64,000 nucleotides of DNA from Camelus ferus (GCF_009834535.1 NC_045697.1:48796001-48860000), one strand, 5' to 3'; shown: positions 23,974 to 36,897, counted from the first letter of the stretch. Notes: a model not told the origin generated them from the letters alone. Made by a program: numbers and translations.

Positions 23974-26385
23974 GGTATTATGCTGTTCTTGATCACACTT
24001 CCTCAGTAGTAAGGAAGAGGACACGGCATGACCAATGTCAGCTGTGACTGAGTGACTAGCTACTCCCCGCAGCCCTCCTCTTCGATGTGGCCTTCACTTG
24101 AACCTAGGTGCGGACCCCTCTTCCTCACCATCACCATCATAACAAGAGGAGCCAAATGGAAGTCGAAGATAAAGTTCAGGTTTGAAAGGTGACTTCCCTC
24201 AAAATCCTATCTGATTTTTCTAACATCCATGCCAACCTGCCCATCTATAGTAGGTTCTCAGGACCACTCGAGGGCTTTGCAGCAAAGTTAAGGGTGAAGA
24301 CATCAGTGAAACAGATGACATTTCTCATGTAATGATGCTGCGTGACTCTTTGCAAGGTTACAACGTGCTGAAATAGTAACAGTCTATGGTAAATGCTTTG
24401 TGTGAGTTACACACATGTGTTCAAAAAACAGCATTAAATAACACCTTACCTTGGCAAGGAGTATGATCAGTGGTCACTTAAGGTAGAGCTGAGGACTCAG
24501 AGTTTCAACTTTCTAAAAGTGAGAGCCATGCAAACGAGAAATGAGCTGACTTGTCAGGTACTGACTTCCTCAACCCTGAAACTATGCAGCAAGAGGCTGG
24601 ATGAGCCTCTGTCCCTAATATTGTAGGAGCTTCCTGCACTGGACACAGTGGTGGGGTGGGGCTTCGGAAGTGTGGGGGGAACACTGGGCTACCTGTCTTA
24701 CAAGTCCCCTCTAACTCCATATGCTGGGAATACTCCCTGTGGTTTTTTGTTTTGTTTTTTTTTTCTTTTCTTTTCTATAACTGAGAAGCCCACTGATTTA
24801 GTGTTTACCCACCTTGCAAGATGCTAGGATAACTATTATTCCAGGGGTTGGGCTCAAACTTGGTTATTCAACACTGTTTGTTTTAAGAAGAACCTAAATT
24901 TGTAACTTTCTACTTTTCAGAGTATTTGCAACATGTGACTAAATCTTGCCTGTCATTACTGTACTGAATTATTTTTCAGGATAGAAAATTAATAATAACA
25001 GCTACTGGTATAAAATATGAAGTGCACTAAAGTTCTGTCAAAAGGAAAACATTTTAAAGCCTGACTATAACCCCTTTAGAGGCTACTTAGCATCTCACAG
25101 ATTGTGTCCTGGGATTGATTAGCAATCATAAAGGAAATTAAAACTCACTGGCTAACACACCATTAGGTTTTCAGTTTGTCTCCACAAAGCTTTAAGTTTC
25201 CTATAGCATGAGCACTGCTTCTACTCAGATTTTTCTTGTTTGGCTAAATGAACTAGGTTCATACCTAAGGTTATCATCTTAATTAGCCAGAGATTAAACT
25301 AGAAAATCCTGCCTTAGGAGACAAGCTGTGCATGTGTAAGAAGTCACAGAGATTAAAATTCTGTTGCTTGCTTCTGATATAATATCCCCGGACACTGCTG
25401 TACCTGGAAGGAAAAAAAAAATAACTGCAAAACAAAATGCAGAATTCCCTCAGAGAGGATTTAGAGCAGAGGAACAGAAACACGCAGGGCAAACAGCAAT
25501 GCAGGGTGGGGTCGGGGGAGTGGAGGAGGGCAAGGGATTTGGATCAAAAAGAAATGTGTCTGAGCAGGTTTCTCTTTGGGCAAAACACAATTAAGTTGTT
25601 CCAAGAATATTCCAGGAAGCCAGTGTATCTTATTCAACACGTGACTGGTTCAGGCTGTATTGTACAAACATATGTCCACAGCCAATATCTCAGGCACTGG
25701 GTGAGGAAGGTAATCATTCCTCCAGGTGTCCCTCAAAACTCCAGAAGGTGGAAGCAGCAGAGGGGTGCCTGCAAGGAAGTCCTCCCTCATCAGGTTGAGC
25801 TAGAGGCCAGGCATGTCCCGTCTATCTCCTGGAGAGTGCCTGGTATGCTGTGCATGCTAAGTAAATAAAGAACTTCCCTCTACCTGGCTTAATGGGAACC
25901 CAAGGGCACCATGACCTTAAGCAGCATTTATCAATGCAGAGCAAATATGGAAACACTAAGGAGGTTGCCCAAAGGTACAGCCAGAAGGCTCCCTCGGTGA
26001 AAGCTGGGAGTCTTGGCTCTTTGAGAGTGCCAACATACCCCTTTAGCACCCAGAATACCCTTCCAAGAATGATTTAACATCACCTCACCATTTCCTCTCT
26101 TTTGCTAAATTGACTCCCAGAAAAGGTGCCTCCCTCTTGCCCCTTCACCTCTGCCATCATTCTTAGAAAAAAATTCAGCCTTCCCGATAAGAAATAACCC
26201 AAACAACAAGATCGTTTGAATTCCACTGAAACCAATTCATCACATAGTGTTAAAAAAGAAATCCTTCCTCCTCTCTGAGGAAAATAATCAGGACAGGAAC
26301 ACAGACTTTAAAAGAGAGAGAGAGAGAACGAAGTTACTGGAATTCCGGAGCCGAGGTCATAAAGGACTTTAAAAAATCACCTTGA

Positions 26386-26860
26386 CGTTCTGGAGATGGA
26401 TAGTGGTGGTGGCACAGGAATGCAAAAGTGCTTAATGACAATGAAGTGTACACTTCAAAGTGGTTAAAATGGCCGATTTTATGTTATGTGAATGTCTTTG
26501 TCTGTTTGGACTGCTCTAACAAAATACCATAGATTGGATGGCTTATAAACAAGAGAAATTTATTTCTCACACTTTTGGAGGCTGGGAAGTCCAAGATGAA
26601 GGTGCAGGCAGATTCTGCTCTGATGAGAGCTTCCTGGATCACAGGTGCCTATAACCTCACATGGAAGAAGGGCTGAGAGCTCTCTGGGGTGTCTTTTATA
26701 AGGACACTAAGCCCATCCATGAGAGCTCCACCCTCACGACCCCATGCCTCCCAAAGGCCCCACCTCCTAATACCATCACACTGGAGATTAGATTTCAACC
26801 TATGAATTTGGGGGGACACATATTCGGTCTATGCCAGTATACTTTACCACAATTTTTTTA
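26386..26860 (+). mobile_element. Ancient L1 (L1MB-like) 3' end split by an MLT1 LTR
   Basis: GTTCTGGAGATGGATAGTGGTG...GGTTAAAATGG...TTTTATGTTATGTG resumes after the LTR as TATACTTTACCACAATT. Confidence 0.7.
26493..26836 (-). mobile_element. Solo MaLR LTR, MLT1A/MLT1A0-like
   Basis: TG...CA termini. The reverse complement begins TGGCATAGACCGAATATGTGTCCCCCCAAATTCATAGGTTGAAATC...GTGATGGTATTAGGAGGTGGGGCCTTTGGGAGG. Imperfect 5-bp TSD GTGAA/GTATA. Confidence 0.85.
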
Positions 26861-28669
26861 ATAGGGGAGAAAAAATCAGCCTCCAGCAAGTCCTTCTCCC
26901 TTCCCCCCCACAGTGGAGGACAAACAGGTTGAGATGGTGAAACCGCTTAACGGTTTCTCACTTGGACAAGGGCTACTGAACCACGGCGGGAGCACCACCT
27001 CACATCACCAGTCAGCAGAGTCAGCCCCACCATAGATGGATCTGGAGAGAGCTCATTCACTGGTGATAAGTTGCTCAAAGCACCCCTGACCTACCTTAAA
27101 ACCTGGATCTCTCAGCCAACAAACAGGGAGATAATCTTGTGATTTGGCTTCGAGGGGAGTAACACCAGGATCCCTCTGCAGGGACACCAAGAGCATTTTA
27201 AAATAAAACCCCACATTATAGATGAAAACATGGAAAAGTTAGGGATGGGTTGGAATTGGGGGCAGATCTCACTGGAGAAAATACACAAACAAAACAAGAG
27301 TCAAGTGTATCAAGATGCACGGTATTTGGAAAACATACAAAAGTGGATGAGACAAAACGAACGGTGCAGTTATTTCTGCAAAAGAGGATGTTTAGACTCC
27401 AAATTTCACATTAACACACGTAACACATAACACTAACCATTCTTTTTTTTTTTCTTGGTGCTTCAATTTCCTTATCTTCAAAGCAGAATAACCCTCAGAA
27501 CCTACTCACCTTTTCAGAAAGCCAAAATTACTAAAACGAACACCTGAGAGATTACTAAACAAATTAAACCTTTCCACAAAATGCTGTAACTTAACTCATA
27601 CAGGATGCACATCACTCAATGAGAGCAGAAAAGTACACATTTTCTGGAATGAGGGTGGTTTTCTTTGGCTAGACCACCACCATCCAGCTGCTATTTTCTG
27701 TCCTCATTTTACAATAACGGAAGACTGCACCAGCTTATTTGCTTTGCTTTGACAGATGATGGGCAAGTGTATCATTGAGATTATATCCTCGGTGCCCTTT
27801 GCAAAGGAAAACAACGCACCATTAATTTTCCTTGCAGAAAATGCTTCTCTTTGCTTGCCTGAGGAATTCTTCAAAGCCCTTTGCCCTCTGCCCTCCAAAA
27901 GATAAATAAAAATAAAGCAAGATGGGTACCAGGTGGCAAAAGCTGCCTGAAACAAGTTTGAGAGTCCAAACTCAAGGCTAGTAAGATGTTTACAGATCAG
28001 TAGAATCTACTGAAAAAGTAAATTAATGGTGTCTCTTCTGTTGTTAACTTCAGCCAGCCTCTTTAATGGTGTAGGTTTATGATAATTCCAGGCTCAGTCT
28101 ATTTAGTTCAGGGTTAGAAAGTCATAGATGGGTACAAAAGCTCACTTACCTGCTAACACTGCTCCTCCCATCTAGTCTAATCCTGATGGGGACATTTGAA
28201 AGGAGAGGAAAAGTTTACAGCACAATTTGGCTTTGCCCATGTTGGAAAAAAAAGAAAAGAGGTAGGCCTGTGATCCTGAGGACAGTGATGGTCAGAACCA
28301 GACCCTACACCGGCTGTGTTTGGACTATGCGGTCCCAAGAGCCTGGAAAAATGGTTACTTGGCCCCCAAGGCTGAATGTGTCCTCCAGAAATTAAATGAC
28401 TGCCCTTCTCCAGTCAGCTCTCAGGAAACTACCAACACAGACAGCTTCCCAAATGTAAAATGGTGAGGGAAGAGGCGTGTTGTTGTTAATTGCCTATCCC
28501 GATTCACTTTGAAAGATTTTCCAAAGACAACTCACTGGAAGCTTGTTTTAAATCAAGCTGTATTGGACGTCATTTATATTTCACTGATAAATACATAATG
28601 ATGATGATAATAACAATAACTCCTGCTGTAATTATAGCAGCCACCATTTATTCAATGTTTGCTCGACGT

Positions 28670-29782
28670 CAGTGGTTCTCAAACTTGAGCAAGCATCAGA
28701 ATTCCCTGGAGGGCCTGTTCAAATTCAGACTGCTGGGCTCCACCCCCGAGTTATTTTTTTCAACTGTCGTAAAATACGCGTAAAATAGTATTCACCATCT
28801 TAACCATTTATAAGTGTACGGTTCAGCAGCGTTAAGTTCGTTTACACCGTTGTGTAACCGATCTCCAGAACTACTTTCATCTTGCAAGAGTGAAACTCTA
28901 TACCCATGAAACAAGAGCTCCACATCTTCCCTGCCCTCAGCCCCTGGCAACCACCTATCTACTTCCTGTCTCTGTAAGTTAGACTACTCTAGGTACCTCA
29001 TATAAGTGCACTCATATAATGTTTGTCTTTTTGTGACTAGCTTATTTCACTTAACATAATGTCCTCAAGGTTCACCTGTGATGTAGCACGTGTCAGAATC
29101 TCCTTCATTTTAAAGGCAGAATGATATTCCATGGCATATATAGACCACATTCTGTTTATCCATTTACCCATGGATGAACATCTGGGTTGCTTCCATCTTT
29201 TGGCTATTGTTAATAATGCTGCCATGAGCATGGGTGTACAAATGCCTCTTCAAGAACTTGCTTTCAATTGTTTTGGGGCATATACCATGCAGTGGAATTG
29301 CTGGATCATATGGTAATCTGATGCTTAATTTTTTGAGGAACTGTTTTCTGTAGCAGCTACACTATTTTACATTCTCACCAACAGTGCACAAAGGTTCCAA
29401 TCCCATATCCTCTTATTTTCTGTGTTTTTGATAGGAGCCATCCTAATGGATGTGAGGTGACATCTCATTGTGATTTTGATTTGCATTCCCCTAATGATTA
29501 GTGATGTTGAGCATCTTTTCATGTGCTTACTGATCGTTTGTATATCATATTTGGAGAAGTGACTATTCAAATCCTTTGCCTTTTTAAAAAATCAGATTTT
29601 TTGTTGCTGAGTTTTACAAGCTATATATATATATATATATGTTCTGGATATTAACTCCTTATCAGATATATGATTTGCAAATATTTTCTTCCATGTCTCA
29701 GAGCTTTTTATTTGGTGCCTGAGAATTTGCATTTCTAACAGGTGACACTGATGGTCCAGGGCCCACACTTTGAGAACCATTA
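28670..29782 (+). mobile_element. MER5A hAT-Charlie element in two halves (28670-28752 and ~29698-29782)
   Basis: 5' end CAGTGGTTCTCAAACTTGAGCAAGCATCAGAATTCCCTGGAGGG; 3' end GAGAATTTGCATTTCTAACAGG...CACACTTTGAGAACCATTA. Confidence 0.85.
28753..29697 (-). mobile_element. L1 (L1MB-like) 3' ~0.95 kb with degenerate ORF2 C-terminus
   Basis: Track ORFs 29037-29231 (WKQPRCSS...MEYHSAFK) and 29367-29570 (HMKRCSTSLIIR) are frameshifted L1 ORF2 C-terminal motifs, followed by an L1MB-type 3' UTR. Confidence 0.92.
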
Positions 29783-30562
29783 CTCTGGCAATATTGTTTA
29801 GCATTTTATATATATATTATCTCACCGAAGCCTCATATTATCGTTCTTGTTTTACAGAAGGTGAAATGATTGCTCGATATGGTAAAACATGCTCATGATT
29901 ATTCTACTAACAAGTGGTAAAGCAGGGACTTTCACCTGGTCCTCATGACCTGACACTACGCTCACCATCTCTGCCGAGCTAAGTCGAGTAAGGCTCACAG
30001 AGAATACACTCCGATGACCAAGACAAGGGACCTGAGAGAACAAGTGATGCTTTGCAAGCTCCTTCTCTCTTTGTTTAAGTCAGGACTAAAATCCTGGACC
30101 CCTTTCCTTGGGTGTTATGTTCTGGCCTCATTAAGAAGAGTCAACAGCAAAAGGAATCTGCTTTAAGGAAAATGAGGAAAATGGCGGTGGTGGGAGGCGG
30201 GGGTGGGACATGCCACCGAGGTACATCAAGACCAGACTGACCTGATGAATGAACTCACTCCAGAGCCAAATGTTCAGCCTTGGTAGATTAGGCAAGCGCT
30301 GCGCCTTCCTCCCAAAGCTGTCGGTGTTAAGCCATTTCCCTGATCACAGCCTTCAGTCGGGACCACAACTAGCCCATAAGGGCCTTTCTTTATGTGCATG
30401 GGGGAAAGGCACCCCTCAGGACCTGGGCAACCTGGCCAGGCCGCAAGGGTGGTGACTTTCAGTCCCTGCCTCCTTGCCTGGTGAGCAACCAGAGATCACT
30501 GTGACAAGGTTAAAAGAGACGATCCTGATAAAGGTTAGTGTTACTATTGGCTAAAAGCGAGT

Positions 30563-30564
<2 letters not shown>

Positions 30565-30614
<50 letters not shown>

Positions 30615-30627
30615 AGAGAGGGAGAGG
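30565..30627. repeat. (GT)23 microsatellite followed by a GA-rich tract
   Basis: Uninterrupted GT run at 30565-30610, then AGAGAGAGAGGGAGAGG. Confidence 0.97.
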
Positions 30628-31729
30628 TTGAGAGTGACGGGATATATGGCCCCCTGATTACTCATTTCCATGGATAACCAAGAGCTGGTGGTAACATAAT
30701 ATTCACAACAGTTTTAAGGATTGAGAGTAAAAACAACTCGTAGTTTAGTGCATTCATGACTTTGGTATGTACTTCAAGTCATTATACCCAAATCAGTGAC
30801 CTATTCTGATGGAAAGCTGGCTATTTAAGGCCAGCCTTGAAACTCTCAGCCTTGTTAGCCAAGAAAAAAAAAAACCCACCCCTCATAGACACCAAGCCCC
30901 ACAGTGTTCTTGCAGAACCTGGTGCTTTGTGTCGGACTTCACAGCTGCAAAGCAAAAGCGCGGTGCTTTGCAGGCACTTCTAAAGAGAAAACATGGAGGT
31001 CCCTGGATGAAGACGTGGGCTTTATTTGTCTTCAGATGTTGACATTCCCCAGAGCCACCACAACAAAAACAGAATTAAGACGCGAAAGGAATTCAGAACC
31101 TTCCTTTGCTATCCCAAGCCTGGGAATCTTTTCAAATTTAAATGAATATCTGTCAAACTAATTAAGAGAAGATGCAATGCTCTCATTCTGTGCCCATCAG
31201 AGAACAACTTACTGGTCATAAATTCCTCAGGCAGTGGGAGTGAATAGCTCTCTACCATCTTGCTTAAGATTTCTGGCTTTGTTTATTTCCAGTTCAGCCT
31301 GTTCATCTTCTAGACCCAGAAAAACCACAAAACATGCCTAGAATCAACTTTTAATTCCATAAGACAGAACTGGATAAGATTATGATGAGATGTTGCAACT
31401 GATGTTTTTGAGTCAACAAAACTGGGGGGGATGACAAGTAATCATTTATGTCTGAGTGGCATCTTTTTTTCCCCAAGATGTTTTATGTTTATGAGCAGAC
31501 TGCAAATCTCAAATATTTCATACACACACACACAAAGTATTCCCACCATTTTTGCAGATTCTGAAATTGAGACTCAGTTAACTGATTTGGTAAAATATAT
31601 ACACATTGTGTCCAAGTCTGGGTAGAATTTAACATACGGAAATCACTACCTGCATGCCCCACCAGCATCTATTGGCCTCCCACCTGCTACCCAGTCCAAT
31701 GCTATGTATTTAATCTAATATATACATAT

Positions 31730-31885
31730 GTAATTAATAATAAGGGTCACTCCAAAGGCAGAGATTTTTACCCCCATTTTACAGACAAGAAAGCTGAGTT
31801 TCAGAGCAGTTATCTTGCACCACACTGGGAAGCAGCAAAGTCAGAAGTAAGCATGACACTTAAAGATATTTGCCTATTTAAAATA
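31730..31885 (-). mobile_element. MIR SINE
   Basis: CCCCATTTACAGACAAGAAAGCTGAGTTTCAGAGCAGTTATCTTGC. Confidence 0.65.
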
Positions 31886-33066
31886 TGTAGTATTGTGCCT
31901 TTGACAAATTTGGGGAAATCTGAAATGATGAAGGAGTCTGTATCTGAAATTTTATTATTAGGAAGAAATTTAACTGTAGCTATTAGAATTTCCACCAAAT
32001 GTCTTGAAAGATATATTTGAGAAAACAAGGAATTTCCATCTATTGAAAGGCCTGCAGCTTTTTCTAACATTTTTCAGTGCTCTGAGATTTCTGCCACTGA
32101 AAATACATTTTTTCAAATTAAAAAAAAAAAAAAGAAAGAGAGAAAGAAAATATATTTTTCCTTCTTGAGCGATTCCATTAGGTTTTCCCATGGGTGTCAC
32201 TGAGCTGAGTTGCACAGTTCCTCAACCACATGGGCAGTTCTATTTGACCATTTTCTTATTATTTCTCCCTTTTGCTATTTACATCTTAAATAGGATTATT
32301 ACAATTCCTACTTGCCCAAGTTACAGAGATGGGATATACTTACTTGCTCTCTGACACATACTAACAGTTTAAAGGGATACACTACAGCTAAAGGGATACA
32401 GAATTTGAGGCTACAATGCCAGTCAAATTCAAATCAAATTTATGGTGTTCACTCTTTTTCCAATTCTTCCTAGAATGTCTATAATGAGAACTATCCTCTC
32501 CCACTAACATGCTATAAAATGGGGCTTTAAAACCTCTCTCCTGAGCTGAATGTCATTGACACATCTCCTGGGTAAATCTGGGCCCTTGATCTATCCCCAC
32601 TCATGTTTTTAATTCAGGTTTACTCTGACGATGCTGTCCAGGCCATTAGCCCACACTGTTGCAGACAGCATGAAACGGGGCCAACTTACTTTCCTACAGT
32701 GATCTTTCCACACATACCCCCATACTGACCCTCTTATCACCATGGGGACATTACTTTTAAAGCCCACGTTTAAACTGTAGAAGAGGGTATTTAAATCCAC
32801 ATCAGTTTAATGTTTACTAGTAAGGCTTTGTTTAGCACTGAATCAAACGCTCATCTCCTCTGCCTCTTGAGGAATTCAACCCAAAAGCCACATTACACTG
32901 ATTTTGACATTTATAGACAATATACAATATGCACCTGAGACATCCACTAGTTCATGTTCTTTAATTTACAGACGAGTAAATCCTTAGCTTTGTATATTCA
33001 AGGACTCAGTCATTTACGCGAAATTCAACCTAGAATGAATGGAACAGAATTCCCAGATCTCTTGTT

Positions 33067-33199
33067 TTTTTCACTGTAGTCAGTTTACAATGTTGTGTTA
33101 CTTTCTGGTGTACAGCACAGTGATTCAGTGATTCAATATTATTTTTCATATTCTTTTTCACTAGAGCCTGTTACAGGGCATTAAAATTCCCTGCCACTT
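33067..33199 (-). mobile_element. Short L1 3' end
   Basis: TAGTCAGTTTACAATGTTGTGTTACTTTCTGGTGTACAGC. 13-bp TSD CAGATCTCTTGTT at 33054-33066 and 33200-33212. Confidence 0.88.
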
Positions 33200-34139
33200 C
33201 AGATCTCTTGTTCTGAATGCAGTATCACTTTTGTCTTATGAAACATACAATCTTAGTGTTTCTGCGTCCTTATTCTTCTTCCCCACTACTGCTCCAGGCA
33301 GCTATGATTTTTAAAGTTTCAGACACTGTCTAACAATTACTGACATTAATTTTTGAAAAACAATGATTTCTAATATTTTCAAAGCATTCCTTAGACGGAT
33401 AGTTCTCATTTTAACATTTTAAGAAGAAAATTTAGGCTTTCCCGAGAGACCATTTTGACCAAGTGCCTTTGTTTACTGGAATAACACACAGGCAACTTAG
33501 ATACCACACTAAGGAGGAGGCACATACCTGAATGATATAGTTAAGCTCAAAAGCAATCACATGTCTTTACTTGGGTGCACAAATGAGATACGTTTCTAGG
33601 AAATCAATTGCAAAACCCAAGCTATGAAATCATCTCCACCTATTCATGAGCAGCATTTTGATTCTAACCTGCTTTAGGGACAATAAATAGAACATGTCAG
33701 CAACTTGGCATAAATAGAGCCAAAATATATTTGATCTCAACATCCCTTAAAGCACAGGCATCCAAACCCCCAAGTATCCCACAGGCTAAGAGAGTTGAAA
33801 GCATCCTCTTTCAAGGGAAGCAGAAGCTCAAATTCTACTATGTGTCCCCTGTTACCTGAAGACTAGGAGGCATTTGAGGCTTGGGAAGCCGAGACGCTGA
33901 TCTTAATCCAGTGTTTCCTATGGTCACCCTGCATACTAAGCCAGAGGATTTCGCTATAAATCAATAAATCTCTGTCCTGTTCTTTCCAAAGTATATGCTT
34001 CTAAAAGATGACTGTCCCAAGGAAGACGACGTGATTAAGATTAGGTATATTTACACCGAATTAGGTGTAGGCAAGCTACAGTCACCCCATCCATCAGTCT
34101 CCCATGTATCACAAATACAGAATAATAGAATGCAGCAGG

Positions 34140-34380
34140 GATAATGAGGACAATAAAAATAACTAACCTTTATCGAGCACTTACTTTGTGCTAGTTACCT
34201 GCATTAGCCCATTTAACCCTCACAATCACCCTCTGAGGAAAATATGACCATCCTCATTTGGAAGATAAGGAAACTGAGGCCCAGGGAGAGAAACCATCCA
34301 TCCAAAGTTCCATAGTCCCAGAGTCAGTGACAGACCCAGGATCCGAATCCAGGTCGTCTACCTCAAGAGTCTCTTCTCCA
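34140..34380 (-). mobile_element. MIR SINE
   Basis: TTTATCGAGCACTTACT...CATTTAACCCTCACAATCACCCTCTGAGG...GATAAGGAAACTGAGGCCCAG. Confidence 0.8.
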
Positions 34381-34958
34381 AATTCACGTCATCCTTGCAT
34401 AGTGAGGTCCACTGATGGATCCAAAGGTGTCCTAACATTCATCACAATGAAAAGTAACTTGTTTTCCTGTAGGCTGACCAAGAGGGATTCAACTTAAAAA
34501 ACCATTTCATAACATTGATTGAGTTTACTATTGCAATTCAATTTACTTTTGCCTACTATTTATCAATCTACCTCCACTAGTGAGCCTGGGTACTCTTTCA
34601 AAGACAAAGCAAAAGCTTTCTATAGAGAACAAAAACAGGGAAATTGACACAGGGCTGCAGCAGTCATTGATCATGAATTTATATAATTTTACAGCTTTTG
34701 ATAAAGACCAATTAAGTGCATAGCAAAATGTGGATTAACTTTACACCTTATAAGATAGGAATGCATAAAATCCAGGAGGAAAGCCCTTTGTCCAACTTTT
34801 CATTTAGAGATGATATGATTACCCATAGATAGGACTTTGTAATTTTCTTTCAGCTATTCTTGGATTCATTGAGGTTTTTGGTATCATAAGCAACATTTAT
34901 CATAGGGGTTGGCATGGAAAGTATTCAACCAACAATTTCTGAAATAAAGATAATTCCA

Positions 34959-35571
34959 GGATATATGCTCAGGAGTGGGATAGATACATGTACCCCAATA
35001 TTCATAGCAGCACTATATACAATAGCCAAGACATGGAAGCAACCTAATTGTCCATCAACAGATGACTGGATAAAGAAGTTGTGGTGTATTCATACAATGG
35101 AATACTACTCAGCCATAAAAAGAATGAAATAATACCATTTGCAGCAATATGAATGGATCTGGAAATCATCATTCTAAGTGAAATAAGCCAGAAAGAGAAA
35201 AATACCATATGATATCACTGATATGTGGAACCTAAAGAAAAAAGAGGACACTAATGAACTCATCTACAAAACAGAAACAGACTCACAGACATAGTAAACA
35301 AATCTTACGGTTACCAGGGGAAAGGGGGTGGGAAGGGACAAATTTAGGAGTTTGAGATTTGCAAATGTTAGCCACTATATATAAAAGTAGATTTTAAAAG
35401 AACAAATTTCTTCTGTATGGCACAGAGAGCTATATTCAATATCTTGTAATAACCTTTAATGAAAAAGAATATGAAAACAAATATATGTATGTATATGCAT
35501 GACTGAGACATTGTGCTGTACACCAGAAATTGACACATTATAACTCACTGTACTTCAATTAAAAAAAAAAA
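34959..35571 (+). mobile_element. L1 3' end with short 5' inversion
   Basis: GGATATATGCTCAGGAGTGGGAT (34959-34981) is antisense L1. Sense L1 runs from 34982 (DTCTPIFIAALYTIAKTWKQP) to poly(A), and TCCAGGA is repeated at both ends. Confidence 0.92.
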
Positions 35572-36077
35572 TCCAGGAGAACAGAGAAGAAAGGTCAAAA
35601 GGAAGGTTCCGTGATTGCTCCTGGATGGGTTCACACTTGGCCAGTGTTGGAAAAGCCAGCTTCCCCTTTCCTGGAAGGAGAGTGTTGAAATGTGAAGGCA
35701 TTTCCTCACCCAGCCTCTCTCTCCAGCCCCTCACTCCAGCACCATGGATCAGCCATGTGGCCACAGAGGGCTAACCCTCACTGGCTGAAATGTGAACACC
35801 AAGTCAACTTGGTTGCTGCTTTTTCCCACTCACCATCTCCCAAGCAACTGGCCTGATGGTTTTTTAGACTGAAGTGTCTGATAATTTGAGACTTATGTAG
35901 AAAGAAGAGAGCCCTGACTAAACCTGTAAGAAGGATGAGCAGTTGTTTCCCTCTACAGACAGAAGAAAATAATGGCAATTCTCAGAAAACAACTGGAAGG
36001 CTAATTTCTTGCTGAAAGAGACAGTCTAGTATCCGGTAACAATCACCTGTTGCTCCCAACAGCTGTTATTAAACTTG

Positions 36078-36275
36078 GGATTTCTCAACTTTGCACCACC
36101 ACTTGGGCTAGATAATTGTCTGTTGTGGGGGGCTGTCCTGGGCACTGTAGGATCTGACCTCTACCCATGAGACTTAGGTAGCACAACCTCTCCAGCTGTG
36201 ACAACGAAAAAGAAAGGTCTTCAGACATTGTTAAAGCTCCCCCGGGGACAAGACCACCTCCAGTGGAGAGCCTCT
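36078..36275 (-). mobile_element. MER20 hAT-Charlie element
   Basis: GGGCTAGATAATTGTCTGTTGTGGGGGGCTGTCCTGGGCACTGTAGGAT...TGTGACAAC...CAGACATTG matches the MER20 reverse complement. Confidence 0.85.
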
Positions 36276-36337
36276 CATTTAAATAGTTAACAATCACCGA
36301 ATGTTCTTTCATAGCAAACAAATTATGGATGGTTAAT

Positions 36338-36472
36338 ATTGTGTGCATTGGAGGGAGAGGGAGGTAATTAGGTTTACTTATTTATTTTTAGAGGAGGTAC
36401 TGGGGATTAAACCCAGGACCTCATGCATGTTTACAAGCATGTGCTCTACCACTTGAGCTATACCTGCCCCCC
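36338..36472 (-). mobile_element. tRNA-derived SINE (Vic-1-like)
   Basis: Reverse complement GGGGGGCAGGTATAGCTCAAGTGGTAGAGCAC...GGGTTTAATCCCCAGTACCTCC. 13-bp TSD ATGGATGGTTAAT at 36325-36337 and 36473-36485. Confidence 0.92.
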
Positions 36473-36637
36473 ATGGATGGTTAATTTTAAACATTATGAA
36501 AAAGCTTTTTTCTTTCTTTCTCAAAGGCATAATCGATTTCAGAGTAGTATAAAGAAACAGACTTTCCACTTTTCCTAGTCTCTGGCTGATTCTCACGTTC
36601 AATTTACAAGGATTCAGTGACCGTCAAGAACAACCAT

Positions 36638-36897
36638 CACAGACACAGAAACCAAACTTACGGTTACCAAAGGGGAAGAGGGAGGAGGGACAAATTAGAA
36701 GTTTGGGATTAGCAGATACAAACTACTGTTGTAGTAAATAAGGTCTTAGGTACAGCACAGGGAACTATATTCAATATCTTATAACAACCTATAATGAAAA
36801 AAGTATGTATATACATATATATATATATAACTGAATCAGTATGCTGTATACAGGAACACAACATTGTAAATCAACTATACTTCAATTAAAAAATAAA
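36638..36897 (+). mobile_element. L1 3' end
   Basis: AAACTTACGGTTACCAAAGGGG...CAACTATACTTCAATTAAAA. TSD AAGAACAA(C/T)CAT at 36626-36637 and 36898-36909. Confidence 0.92.

Larger units (their letters stand above)
28595..29970 (-). mobile_element. MIR split by a MER5A (itself split by an L1)
   Basis: MIR tail (ATAATAAC...CCATTTATT) at ~28595-28669. MIR resumes after 29782 (GCATTTTATATATATTATCTCA...TTTACAGAAGGTGAAATGA). Confidence 0.6.
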
